From Thalia democratica (Eukaryota): a DNA stretch of 64,000 bases. The notes below the pieces were generated by a model that ran no database searches, had not been told where the DNA came from, and worked only from the letters and a program-made list of their open reading frames with translations. The position numbers and the translations under genes are program-made. The stretch is taken from the NCBI GenBank assembly GCA_965202585.1, contig OZ241834.1, positions 23,498,001-23,562,000 of the forward strand, in the 5' to 3' direction. Of the stretch, positions 36,388 to 49,085 are shown one piece after another. The first letter of the stretch is position 1, and each line of letters begins with the position of its first letter.

Positions 36388-39300
36388 TAGAACACGCTAT
36401 ATTGCTAGCAAGCGCGTTTCTGCACACTGAAAAATACTTAAGCTGGTGTATTGGGCTGAAGTTTGATTAGTCAAGTTGACGGCAGCGCTTTGTAGTCCTA
36501 ATCACTTATTAGGCGCACTTGTTTAGTTATAAGAGGTTTTATGTAACGTAATGAAATAATAATTTTAAGTCAAAAACCGAAAACGTGTTTGAAATCTGCA
36601 TGTTAAAAGTATTTCAGTTTTTGTTATGTAATGTCTGCTGATTTGTGTGTAATAAAAATGTAGTTTGTTTTGGTAGTCACATTTCAGACAGGTTCGGAAG
36701 TAAAAATCAATAAAGTGTAGTTGCGATCATCATTTAAAAGATTGTTTTGTGATTCTTAAAAAAGGGCAAGCTTAAATTAATGAGTTCTAGCAAAACATAA
36801 TTTTTATTTTTTAGAAAAGTTTAATAATAGTATTTTCTTGTATGTAGTAGGAGATTAGTAATATTTACTTTTTAAAAGATTTAGACGAGCAGAAAGAAAC
36901 AACGTATTAAACTTTTTTTAGATTGTAGTTAACGTTTAGATAAAGTACAATTAAAATAATTTTTGCTAAATCATTTTGAATAAAATAAAATTTTAATAAT
37001 TTTAATAAAAACCACTTATTGCTATTAGTTAAACATTACGATCTACAGAGTTTATTTAAAAATTAAAAAAATAAATTGTTGTTAGTAATGAAGTATTATT
37101 AGTGAACTAATTCAAACAAAATCTTATTTACTTATAAAATTTAACTACCAATGGTAATTATTTTGTAAAGTTTTACAGTAAACATATTTTGTATCAGAAA
37201 TATACTTTAGTTAGTGATAAAATTCTTGTTGAAAGTACAAGAGTTTTTATGGTTATAATTTTAGCTGTTTTTAAAATTATTTATCATGATAAACATCGTA
37301 TGGTTTTTATGAAAAGCACTTCTTTCTTTTTACAAAAGACGTATCTATTTAAGTTACATTTCTTAGTCTTTGTAAAACATTTTAAACTAAAATTTCACCA
37401 ATGAACAAACTTTTTTAATAAATAGATTAATACTTAGATAAAATTTATCTTTGGGTAATTTACCGCTTGTTTTTTATTTAAGTTTTGTGTAAACAAGAAT
37501 CTCTTTTGTACATAGTAATGATGTATAACTTTTAAAAGTTTTATCAATATAAAGTGTTGCTACAACTAGTTTCTTAGAAAGTTAAACAACTTTTTCGACA
37601 TAACTTGTAAATTAGTGTTTATTTACAAGTACTTGTAACTTGTTTAGTGTTTATAATATTTTATTTTTTAATGTTTTTAGTCTAGCTGATGTAAACTACA
37701 AAATAACTTAAAAACTACTTTATTTAACAAACATAAGTGTGTTAAAAGCTTCAAATAATTTTTTTAATGTTCATTTGTCATACTCATATGTCATAATATA
37801 CATTTCTAGCTAAGTTACTATAAAAAGCTGAATTTATCTTTTAAAAAAAAAGTTATATAAGTTTATAGCTTCCATAAGTATAAAAAACTAAAACATATAA
37901 GTTTTAAAGAGTTCAATATATGAAGTACTAAACAAATCTTTTTAGTTTTATTAATCAAATAAAATATATATATCTATATAACTTTTTTGTAAAGGGAATT
38001 TTCAAAGCAGTTTTGTTTAGAACGATTAACTTGAAATAGTCTTTTGATAAACTAAACGTAAAATGTTAAGTTTTAATCTAGGCAATAACTTTTAACAAAA
38101 GAAAATTAAAACAGTTATCAATACAATTTTATTATTTATCTATATTTAATGTTTAGTAATTTTAATTTGTTATTAATCCAGCATAATTGTTTTTGAATCC
38201 ATAGTTTAACAATTCTTAAACAGAAAGAAAATAGTAAACTAGCAGAAGTCCTACACAATCAGTACTTAAATGTTAGAACAAGTTTAAATGGTTACGCAGT
38301 CTTTGTTTTAAGTTTTTAAAAAGGTTTACTAATTGCAATTGAACACAAACACTTAAGTTTTAAATTAAGATATAACTTAATGTATAGTAACAATAATATA
38401 TTTTTTTGCATTAGTTATAGGTTATATAAAGCCGTCAAGTATATAACAGAGTAATAAAAACAAATGTCTAAAAACATATATGGTTTTATTTGATTAACTG
38501 CTTGTACTGAGATGATAATTTTCTTTTATAGTTTATTCAATTTAAAAAAAAAACTTATATCATAACAATAGTAAAAAAGTGTTCATTCTTATTTGAAGTT
38601 TTTAGCGATTAAAAATATTTAGTTACAGTTATCATTTATTAATGGTAATAAAACATGCAGGTTATGATCATATTAATTTCTGCTTTTACCTTCAAAAATG
38701 TTATAGTTAACTTGATAAGTAATTTTAACCACAAACACTGTATTTATAAAATATTAAACAGTTAGTTTTAATTGGTGTATAAACTTGTATTTGATTTCTC
38801 ATACAATGTTGTTTGTATTTAAAGTAATTTAATATTTTATGCTAAAACTTCTGTGCGTTTATTTATATAATGCTTATTAAACCACAAATATTCAATATAA
38901 CAAAAAAAAAAAGCGTCTTTGTTTCCAAAAACAGAAGCCGCCAAAACAAACTCGGTTTATACCGGAGCTTAGTATGATGAAGATTAATTTCAAACAAGTA
39001 ATCAAAAAAGACAAAATATTTTCTGGCTGAGAGCTTGGATTTCAGCTCACACAAAACTCTCTGTGAACGCAAAGTTCACTTGAACAAAGAAATTCGTCTT
39101 GGTTGTTGATATAAGAGCGCATTGTCTGTTTAGCCATCACCGCCCGACTGTTCTATCGCTCGTGTATGTATACAAGAAATAATCTTCTTCTTTATTGAAT
39201 GCCATATTGTTAGCCATCTAAACTTTCAATTGAATACACTGTTATCTTGTTGATGTAAAGGTTGCATAATGTTATTACAGATGAGAGTTGTGTAACAATT

Positions 39301-39671
39301 TTGAATATCATAAATATATTGTTCATGTACCAAGAACTATCAAGAAGTTTTAAAGACTAGACTGACGGGTCAAATAGTATTTTGTAATGTTCTGCCTATA
39401 CTCAAGTTTAACAATTTTATTGTCTGTACAATGTTTCACTCGCTTGAAATAGTTTAAACGAGATCCTCAATTGAATAACAAAGTCTTATTCAAATAGAAT
39501 ACATTGTTTTGACAATAAAATTAAAAAAATTGAGTTAGCATTATCCTTGTTATTAAGTTGAGAACTTTTATTATTATCTCTAAAGTAAAAGTACATAATG
39601 TTCTGCACTAAACTGAAACAATAGACATTGTATTTTTACAGATGGTAGTTGTGTAACATAGTTTCTACAAA

Positions 39672-42600
39672 ATGTCAGATCAGAACAACTACAGCTACTT
39701 GGGATCCTACAACAGCCTGAAGGATCCCCATCTCAAGGGCTTCTTCAGCAGCCCTCCCATAAGAAGACACCTGAGGAGAAAGGGGTTGATCACAAGGAAG
39801 GGAGCAATCGTCTCCGAAAAAGTCAGTTTTTTTCTTGGTATCAGTTCATTAAATTAAAAATAAAATTAACAATCAACGCAATGTGATGTAAACTTATATA
39901 GTTTTTTTTTTTTTGAATCTAATGAGTCTAAAACTAGAGTCAATCTCAGCAGGAAAGTTTGAAAATAGTTGTTTAAAACTTAGTCACTTAACTTAAGAAG
40001 TATTAAACTGTAAAATATCACTTTACTTTTTATAACATGTTTGAAACTGTTTTATAACATGTAAATTAAAACGTATTTTAAAGATGATTTACAAACCTTT
40101 TTAACATGAACTTTACTCATAAATTAGTTTTCGCAGGACTTCTACCTTCGAAACGCGCAGAAGGACCACCGCAAGCATGTGCAGGACGCGTTGGCGCAGG
40201 CCATCGTGGACAAGACGCTGGACATGGAGCGGCAGGCGCACTTCAAGAGGCAGCAGGAGCGCGAGAGGAGGTACAAGCAGCAACTGGTGGCCGCCATCAA
40301 GAACAGCAGAAACCAGCCCAGGGACGAGAACGGTGAATAAACAAAAAAAAATAAGATAAATTAAATATCTGACTGTTGACGAAATAAAAATTATTGATAA
40401 ACTTTTGCTTTAAAGTGTTTTACAAAAATAAACAAAATTTTATTAGTTCTACCCCTGCTCATGCCCAAACCGCCAAGCGGAAAGAGGGGCGGCAAGTCGA
40501 GAGGAGGGCAGAAGAAGCAGCCGATGAACGAGAGGGTATTGAAGAGCCCCATGGCGGTTTCGGTGCGGAACTCGATGAAGCTGCACAGGAGGGAACCCCC
40601 CATGATAAAACCGGCGCTGAACAAGTCGCTGGGCAGCATCACTTTCAGGTAGGAAAATGATATGAATAATAAATTGATTAATGTTATTATGAATTAAATG
40701 CATTAAAAATTTTAGTTTTCTATTTAGAATTTAAGGCAGTCACATGTATTTACATTAATCAAAAAGTAAGCCAGCATTGTTAAAGAATCGCTTTATATTA
40801 CCTAAACTCATTTTTTTCGAAATTAAACCTATACAAACAACACTCTCAGTCTTTCCACTAGTTATGAATTTGTTTTGATAGGTTGCGCTTATATTAGTTT
40901 TTTTTTCTTAAACTAAAAATTTTTCCCAGGTACCTCGGCCCGCTAATCAAGCTCGACTACGAGAAGGAGGACCCGCGCGACGACATCACCATCATGCAGC
41001 AGCACAACGGCGGGGAAAACCTGTGCGTCTACCACGGCAAGCACCAGCCGGGCGAGGAGTTCACCGTGACGTCACAACGGCACTCGGGATTCCCCTTTTC
41101 AATAACTCTGTACGTGAACAACATGAAGGCAGACAGGTTGAGCGCCTGCTGCGAGTACAAGCACAAGCCGAAGCGGAAGCTGGGCCAGTTCAAGTTCGTC
41201 AGGGTGACGGGGGCGCACCCGTGCTACAAGTGCATGATGGTGCAGAGGCGCAAGCAGCTGAAGAAAAACAAGAAGGAGGCGCAGCAGCAGCAGAAGGCGC
41301 ACACGCCCGTGCCGCCCCGGAAGCTGTCGCCCATAAAGTTCGAGAACTCGTCGGTGGGAGGTGAGAGCAGCTCGGAGGGGGAGAGCGTCTCCTCGTTCTC
41401 GGCGGTTTCGAAGGGGGGCGAGAACAAAGCTTCGAGGCCGACGTCGAAGGCGTCTTCCAAGAGGAGGTCGAGAAGGTCGTCGAGGAAGGCGTCGGCGGCT
41501 TCGTCTAAGAAGTCTGCGGGATCGGCAAAGGAAGAAAAGGAGGTTGCAGAGAAAGTTTCGTCGGAAAAGGAAGCGAAGGAATCTTCGTCAAGCTCGAGCG
41601 ATTCGGAAGCTGAAAACGATTCTGTTAAAGTTGCTGAAAGCGTGGAAGTAAAAGGAGAGACTGTAGAAGTAAAAACAGAAGAAGTTGTTGCTGTAGAAAC
41701 AAAATCAAGAAAATCTTCATCATCCAGTTCAAGTGATTCAGAGACTGAAAAGGAATCTATCAAAGATATTGTAAAAGCTGAAGAACTTAAAGAGCAATCT
41801 TCAGAAATTAAAGATGAAACAGGAGAAGTCGCAGCAATCGAAACAAAATCAAGAAAGTCTTCCTCCTCATCAAGCTCAAGTGACTCAGTAAGTGAGAAAG
41901 TCGTCACAGAAGCCGAAGAAATTAAAGAAGAAGCAGCAGAAGTAGAAGTAGAAGCAAAAGAAGTTGTTGCTGATGAAACAAAATCAAGAAAGTCTTCATC
42001 TTCAAGTTCAAGCGATTCAGAAACTGAAAAATACTCTACAAAAGTCGTATCGGAAACAGAAGAGATAAAAGAAGCAATAGAAGATGTTGCAGCAGCTGAA
42101 ACAAAGTCTTCAAAATCGTCGTCTTCAAGCGATTCGGAATCTGAAAAAGAATTTGTTACAGTGGTTACAAAATCTGCATCAGTCAAAGAAGAGACTGCAG
42201 AAATTAAAGAAGAAGTTAAGGAAGTTGTAGCTGTTGAAACAAAATCAAGAAAGTCTTCATCATCATCTTCAAGCTCACGTAACTCAGAAACTGAAAAAGA
42301 ATCTGTTACAGTGTTTACAGAATCTGCATCAGTTAAAGAAAAGGCTGAAGAAATTAAAGAAGAAGTTAAAGAAGTTGTAGCTGTTGAAACAAAATCAAGA
42401 AAGTCTTCTTCTTCAAGCTCAAGCAACTCAGAAACTGAAAAAGAGTCTGTTACAATTGTCACAACATCTGCATCAAATAAAGAAGAGACTGAAGAAATAA
42501 AAGAAGTTGTAGGTGTTGAAACAAAATCAAGAAAGTCTTCTTCTTCAAGCTCAAGCGATTCAGAAACTGAAAAAGAATCTGTCAAAGTTGCTGCAGAAAC

Positions 42601-45600
42601 TGTAGCAGTTAAAGAAGAAACTGTAGAAGTAAAAGTAGATGAAGTTGTTGCTATTGAAACAAAATCAAGAAAGTCTTCTTCTTCAAGCTCAAGCGACTCA
42701 GAAACTGAAAAAGAATCTGTCAAAGTTGTAGCAGAAACTGTAGCCGTTAAAGAAGAAACTGTAGAAGTAAAAGCAGAAGAAATTGTTACTGTTGAAACAA
42801 AATCAAGAAAGTCTTCTTCTTCAAGCTCAAGCGATTCAGAAACTGAAAAAGAATCTGTCAAAGTTGTAGCAGAAGCTGTAGAAGTTAAAACAGAGACTGT
42901 AGAAGTAAAAGCAGAAGAAATTGTTGCTGTTGAAACAAAATCAAGAAAGTCTTCTTCTTCAAGCTCTAGCTCAAGCGATTCAGAAACTGAAAAAGAATCT
43001 GTCAAAGCTGTAGCAGAAACTGTAGCAGTTAAAACAGAGACTGTAGAAGTAAAAGCAGAAGAAATTGTTACTGTTGAAACAAAATCAAGAAAGTCTTCTT
43101 CTTCAAGCTCAAGCGACTCAGAAACTGAAAAAGAATCTGTCAAAGTTGTAGAACAAGGTGTAGTCGTTAAAGAAGAGACTACAGAAGTAAAAACAGAAGA
43201 AGTTGTTGCTGTTGAAACAAAATCAAGAAAATCTTCATCATCTAGCTCAAGCGACTCAGAAACTGAAAAGGAATCTGTCAAAGTTGCTGCAGAAACTGTA
43301 GCAATTAAAGAAGAAACTGTAGAAGTAAAAGTAGATGAAGTTGTTGCTATTGAAACAAAATCAAGAAAGTCTTCTTCTTCAAGCTCTAGCTCAAGAGACT
43401 CAGAAACTGAAAAGGAATCTGTCAAAGTTGCTGCAGAAACTGTAGCAGTTAAAGAAGAAACTGTAGAAGTAAAAGTAGATGAAGTTGTTGCTATTGAAAC
43501 AAAATCAAGAAAGTCTTCTTCTTCAAGCTCTAGCTCAAGCGACTCAGAAACTGAAAAAGAATCTGTCAAAGTTGTTGCAGAAACTGTAGAAAATAAAGAA
43601 GAGACTGCAGAAGTAAAAACAGAAGAAGTTGTTGCTGTTGAAACAAAATCAAGAAAGTCTTCATCTTCAAGCTCAAGTAACTCAGAATCTGAAAAAGAAT
43701 CTGTCAAAGTTGTAGCAGAAACTGTAGAAGTTAAAACAGAGACTGTAGAAGTAAAAGCAGAAGAAATTGTTACTGTTGAAACAAAATCAAGAAAGTCTTC
43801 ATCTTCAAGCTCAAGCGACTCAGAAACTAAAAAAGAATCTGTCAAAGTTGTAGCAGAAGCTGTAGCCATTAAAGAAGAAACTGTAGAAGTAAAAGCAGAA
43901 GAAGTTGTTGCTGTTGAAACAAAATCAAGAAAGTCTTCTTCTTCAAGCTCTAGCTCAAGCGACTCAGAAACTGAAAAAGAATCTGTTAAAGTTGTTGCTG
44001 TAGCTGCAGCAGTTAAAGAAGAGACTGCAGAAATAAAAACAGAAGAAGTTTTAACTGTTGAAACAAAATCAAGAAAGTCTTCATCATCTAGCTCAAGCGA
44101 TTTAGAAACAGAAAAAGAATCTGTCAAAGTTGTAGCAGAACCTGTAGAAGTTAAAACAGAGACTGTAGAAGTAAAAGCAGAAGAAATTGTTGCTGTAAAA
44201 ACAAAATCAAGAAAGTCTTCTTCTTCAAGCTCAAGCGACTCAGAAACTGAAAAAGAATCTGTCAAAGTTGTAGCAGAAGCTGTAGAAGTTAAAACAGAAA
44301 CTGTAGAAGTAAAAGCAGAAGAAATTGTTGCTGTTGAAACAAAATCAAGAAAGTCTTCATCTTCAAGCTCAAGCGATTCAGAAACAGAAAAGGATTCTGT
44401 CAAAGTTGTAACAGAAACTGTAGAAGTTAAAACAGAGACTGTAGAAGTAAAAGCAAAAGAAATTGTTGCTGTTGAAACAAAATCAAGAAAGTCTTCATCT
44501 TCAAGCTCAAGCGATTCAGAAACAGAAAAGGATTCTGTCAAAGTTGTAGCAGAAACTGTAGAAGTTAAAACAGAGACTGTAGAAGTAAAAGCAGAAGAAG
44601 TTTTTGCTGTTGAAACAAAATCAAGAAAGTCTTCATCTTCAAGCTCAAGCGACTCAGAAACTGAAAAAGAATCTGTCAAAGTTGTAGCAGAAGCTGTAGA
44701 AGTTAAAACAGAAACTGTAGAAGTAAAAGCAGAAGAAATTGTTGCTGTTGAAACAAAATCAAGAAAGTCTTCTTCTTCAAGCTCAAGCGATTCAGAAACA
44801 GAAAAGGAATCTGTCAAAGTTGTAGCAGAAACTGTAGAAGTTAAAACAGAGACTGTAGAAGTAAAAGCAGAAGAAATTGTTGCTATTGAAACAAAATCAA
44901 GAAAGTCTTCTTCTTCAAGCTCAAGCGATTCAGAAACAGAAAAGGAATCTGTCAAAGTTGTAGCAGAAACTGTAGAAGTTAAAACAGAGACTGTAGAAGT
45001 AAAAGCAGAAGAAATTGTTGCTATTGAAACAAAATCAAGAAAGTCTTCATCTTCAAGCTCAAGCGACTCAGAAACTGAAAAAGAATCTGTCAAAGTTGTA
45101 GCAGAAGCTGTAGAAGTTAAAGTAAAAACTGCAGAAGTAAAAGCAGAAGAAATTGTTGGTGTTGAAACAAAATCAAGAAAGTCTTCATCTTCTAGCTCAA
45201 GCGATTCAGAAACAGAAAAGGAATCTGTCAAAGTTGTTGCAAAAACTGTAGATGTTAAAACAGAGACTGTAGAAGTAAAAGCAGAAGAAATTGTTGCTGT
45301 AGAAACAAAATCAAGAAAGTCTTCTTCTTCAAGCTCAAGCGACTCAGAAACTGAAAAAGAATCTGTTAAAGTTGTAGCAGAAACTGTAGAAAATAAAGAA
45401 GAGACTGTAGAAGTAAAAGCAGAAGAAGTTGTTGCTGTTGAAACAAAATCAAGAAAGTCTTCATCTTCTAGCTCAAGCGATTCAGAAACTGAAAAAGAAT
45501 CTGTTAAAGTTGTTGATGTAGCTGCAGCAGTTAAAGAAGAGACTACAGAAATAAAAACAGAAGAAGTTGTTGCTGTTGAAACAAAATCAAGAAAGTCTTC

Positions 45601-47938
45601 TTCTTCAAGCTCAAGCGATACAGAAACAGAAAAAGAATCTGTCAAAGTTGTAGCAGAAGCTGTAGAAGTTAAAGTAGAAACTGCAGAAGTAAAAACAGAA
45701 GAAATTGTTGCGGTCGAAACAAAATCAAGAAAGTCTTCTTCTTCAAGCTCAAGCTCAAGCGACTCAGAAACTGAAAAAGAATCTGTTAAAGTTGTTGCTG
45801 TAGCTGCAGCAGTTAAAGAAGAAACTGTAGAAGTAAAAGCAGAAGAAATTGTTGCTATTGAAACAAAATCAAGAAAGTCTTCTTCTTCAAGCTCAAGCGA
45901 TTCAGAAACTGAAAAAGAATCTGTCAAAGTTGTAGCAGAAGCTGTAGAAGTTAAAACAGAGACTGTAGAAGTAAAAGCAGAAGAAGTTGTTGCTGTTGAA
46001 ACAAAATCAAGAAAGTCTTCTTCTTCAAGCTCTAGCTCAAGCGATTCAGAAACTGAAAAAGAATCTGTCAAAGCTGTAGCAGAAACTGTAGAAGTTAAAG
46101 AAGAAACTGTAGAAGTAAAAGCAGAAGAAATTGTTGCTGTTGAAACAAAATCAAGAAAGTCTTCTTCTTCAAGCTCAAGCGATACAGAAACAGAAAAAGA
46201 ATCTGTCAAAGTTGTAGCAGAAGCTGTAGAAGTTAAAGTAGAAACTGCAGAAGTAAAAACAGAAGAAATTGTTGCGGTTGAAACAAAATCAAGAAAGTCT
46301 TCTTCATCAAGCTCAAGCTCAAGCGACTCAGAAACTGAAAAAGAATCTGTTAAAGTTGTTGCTGTAGCTGCAGCAGTTAAAGAAGAAACTGTAGAAGTAA
46401 AAGCAGAAGAAATTGTTGCTATTGAAACAAAATCAAGAAAGTCTTCTTCTTCAAGCTCAAGCGATTCAGAAACTGAAAAAGAATCTGTCAAAGTTGTAGT
46501 AGAAGCTGTAGCAGTTAAAACAGAGACTGTAGAAGTAAAAGCAGAAGAAATTGTTGCTGTTGAAACAAAATCAAGAAAGTCTTCTTCTTCAAGCTCTAGC
46601 TCAAGCGATTCAGAAACTGAAAAAGAATCTGTCAAAGCTGTAGCAGAAACTGTAGAAGTTAAAGAAGAAACTGTAGAAGTAAAAGCAGAAGAAATTGTTG
46701 CTGTTGAAACAAAATCAAGAAAGTCTTCATCTTCAAGCTCAAGCGATTCAGAAACAGAAAAGGATTCTGTCAAAGTTGTAGCAGAACCTGTAGAAGTTAA
46801 AACAGAGACTGTAGAAGTAAAAGCAGAAGAAATTGTTACTGTTGAAACAAAATCAAGAAAGTCTTCATCTTCAAGCTCAAGCGATTCAGAAACAGAAAAA
46901 GAATCTGTCAAAGTTGTAGCAGAAACTGTAGAAGTTAAAGGAGAGACTGTAGAAGTAAAAGCAGAAGAAATTGTTGCTGTAGAAACAAAATCAAGAAAGT
47001 CTTCTTCTTCAAGCTCCAGCTCAAGTGATTCAGAAACTGAAAAAGAAACTGCTAAAGCTGACGAAACAAAAGAAGAGGCGACGGAAAACACAATTAACAC
47101 TTCTAACGACAATTCCATACTAGACGAAATAAAAGACAGAAGTGTTATAGACCTACAGTACTACAACTTAGAACAGTACCATATCGACGAACTAAACACC
47201 TATTTAGTATCGAGCAACGACTCAATTGAAAGCTTGCTTCTAAGAGGCTGCTCGCTGGGCCACGACGCCGTCAAAAGCATCCTGAAGTCGCTGATCACCA
47301 GCAAGAGAAAGCTTGAAACGCTCAACGTCGCCACCAACGACCTCGGCGAGAGCTCCGTCAACTACGTCCTGCAGGCTGTCAGGAGCTGCGAGATAAAACA
47401 CCTGGTCATGGACGGCAACCCCCTGGCGGACAGGGGAACCAAGCTGCTCATGCGCGGCCTCGCCAAGCAGTGCATCAGCGAGAAGGCCAAAAACTCCGAC
47501 CTCAGCTCCATCTCGTCCAGCAGCGACGAGAGCAAGAAGGACGATGACGTCACCGAAGAAAGCAGCCAATTGGAAAGCTTGTCCCTGGACGCCACCGAGA
47601 TTGACGTCAAAGGGCTCAAGAACATCATCGCCTTTTTGAGCCTCAACCCGCCGCTGAAGTCGCTCAGCCTGAACGAGAACGAGAACCTCAGCGACAAGTT
47701 GCGCCTCCTGTGGAAGGTCTTCGCCAAAAAGAGGAACGTCAGCCTCAAGTTCATCTCCCTCAGCGGCAACAAGATGCTCAACGAGGACCTGGACTCTTTC
47801 TTCGAGCTGATGGACTTCAAGTCGAGCATATCCTCGATCTGCCTGACAAACAACGAGTTTGAGGAGAGCGTTTTGCAGAAACTGTCGGAGTTCGCGGCTA
47901 AGAATGGCATCAGTCTGAACGCTAACACGAACGAGTAA
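39672..47938 (+). CDS. ERICH3: ERICH3-like protein (N-terminal ERICH3 region and DUF4590) with a 46-aa repeat array and C-terminal RNI-like LRR domain, four coding exons, ~2518 aa
   Basis: Exons 39672-39821, 40137-40332, 40447-40648 and 40930-47938 are in phase. YNSLKDPHLKGFFSSPPIRRHLRRKGLITRKGAIVSEK, AQAIVDKTLDMER and QQHNGGENLCVYHG...SQRHSGFPFSITLYVN...RLSACCEYKH...FVRVTGAHPCYKC match ERICH3. LRR motifs include LLLRGCSLG, LNVATNDLG, LVMDGNPLAD, LSLNENENL and ISLSGNKM. Confidence 0.9.
41640..47045 (+). repeat. Coding minisatellite, 138/144-bp unit, ~39 copies
   Basis: The unit encodes VAVETKSRKSSSSSSS(SS)DSETEKESVKVVAETVEVKTETVEVKAEEI. The period is 138 nt (e.g. 44761 to 44899), or 144 nt when an extra SS is present. 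Confidence 0.97.
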
Positions 47939-48990
47939 ATTTTATAAAATAACTAGAAATTAGTTTTTACTTGATAGTTTTCTCAAAAACGATTTTTCTG
48001 CGTTTAAAAAAGACATCAAATGTTTTTTTCATATTGCACTGTGACTTTAAACTGCAAATAGTTTTAATATTGCAAAAAGTTATGTAACCAGGTTTCAATA
48101 CGTTTTTACAATCAAATAATGATAATCTCTAATTTCCAGCTTTTTGATGTTATGAACACTTTTAAAATTTCCAAACGACTATCAGTGTTAGCAATTTTTC
48201 CAAAATACTTTTTCATACTAATTTTTTTTTTTTTTAATGAGCGTACAACATTAGCTAATACTTTTTCATATATTTTATTTTTCACCATTTCCTTTCGTGC
48301 AGTATTTTTAGTGCATTCCAGTGCTAACGAGAGCACAACAGCGTACAATAGAAGCATTTTAGCGGGCAAATTGAGTACCACTCGTCTGTGGAGTGTTTTT
48401 CTTTCGATCGGGCTGACCATTGTTACGTAATGACACTCGGTTGCGTCTTAACAATCTTTTTTTTTTGTTGATATCTGGCGGCGCGATAATCTCGGCTGAG
48501 TACCAGCCCACTTATTCATTTCCTACCTAATTTTGTTTTTCTTTGCTTGTTTTTTGTTTTTTCGGTTTACCACTGTTTTATATTTCCTTCCACTGTTGTT
48601 CTGTCGCTATACTCTCGTATAATAAATAGTTTATGCCTTTTGGTTTTGTCAGTAGTTTATTATTTTTATTTTAACACCTTTTTATTGCTTAAGATAATAT
48701 ATATAAAAAAAAATAAGAAATAGGTCAAATTTATATTTAAACCAAAACTAACGAGAAATAATAACAAAGTTACGGCAAACAATCATTTTGCGTAACTATA
48801 TGCAACTCATATTGCATCATAAAAGCTTTGTTTAGCTTGAATTAAAAATGGATTAAAATCCAATTGTTCACTGATGAAAAAATCATTGTAAAAGCACTTT
48901 GAACAAATTTACCAAAAATTTGTACGTGGTTGACACCTAATCTTAACCCAGCCTTATTAAATCAACACAAGTGAGCACAAAGCGACACAA

Positions 48991-49004
48991 GTTACTATGA
49001 CACC
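48991..49004. promoter_or_regulatory. Candidate RFX X-box
   Basis: GTTACTATGACACC, one mismatch from GTTACTATGACAAC, 39 nt upstream of an ATG at 49043. Confidence 0.3.
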
Positions 49005-49042
49005 ACTTCAAGCCAAAACACTCGAGTGTGTGAAGTTATACA

Positions 49043-49085
49043 ATGTTCAAGTTTGTTTTATTCGTGCTTTTTCTTTTATTCGGCG
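49043..49085 (+). CDS. Possible signal-peptide first exon of an unresolved gene
   Basis: ATG...MFKFVLFVLFLLFG+G followed by a GTATGA donor (phase 1, typical of signal-peptide exons). Downstream exons are not securely identified. Confidence 0.3.

Noticed and set aside
36450-36530. tRNA/SINE-like A-box (TAGTCAAGTTGA)
   Set aside because: No B-box and no cloverleaf.
41224-47118. 1964-aa antisense ORF over the ERICH3 repeat
   Set aside because: Compositional shadow. Stops in that frame need sense codons starting TA or CA (Tyr/His/Gln) after T/C, and these are essentially absent from the repeat. It has no domain content.
48112-48430. Overlapping 102/103-aa ORFs after ERICH3 (signal-like MLLLYAVVLSLALEC)
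   Set aside because: They run through a 14-nt homopolymer, have no recognisable motif, and leave no room for further exons; more likely UTR or promoter sequence.
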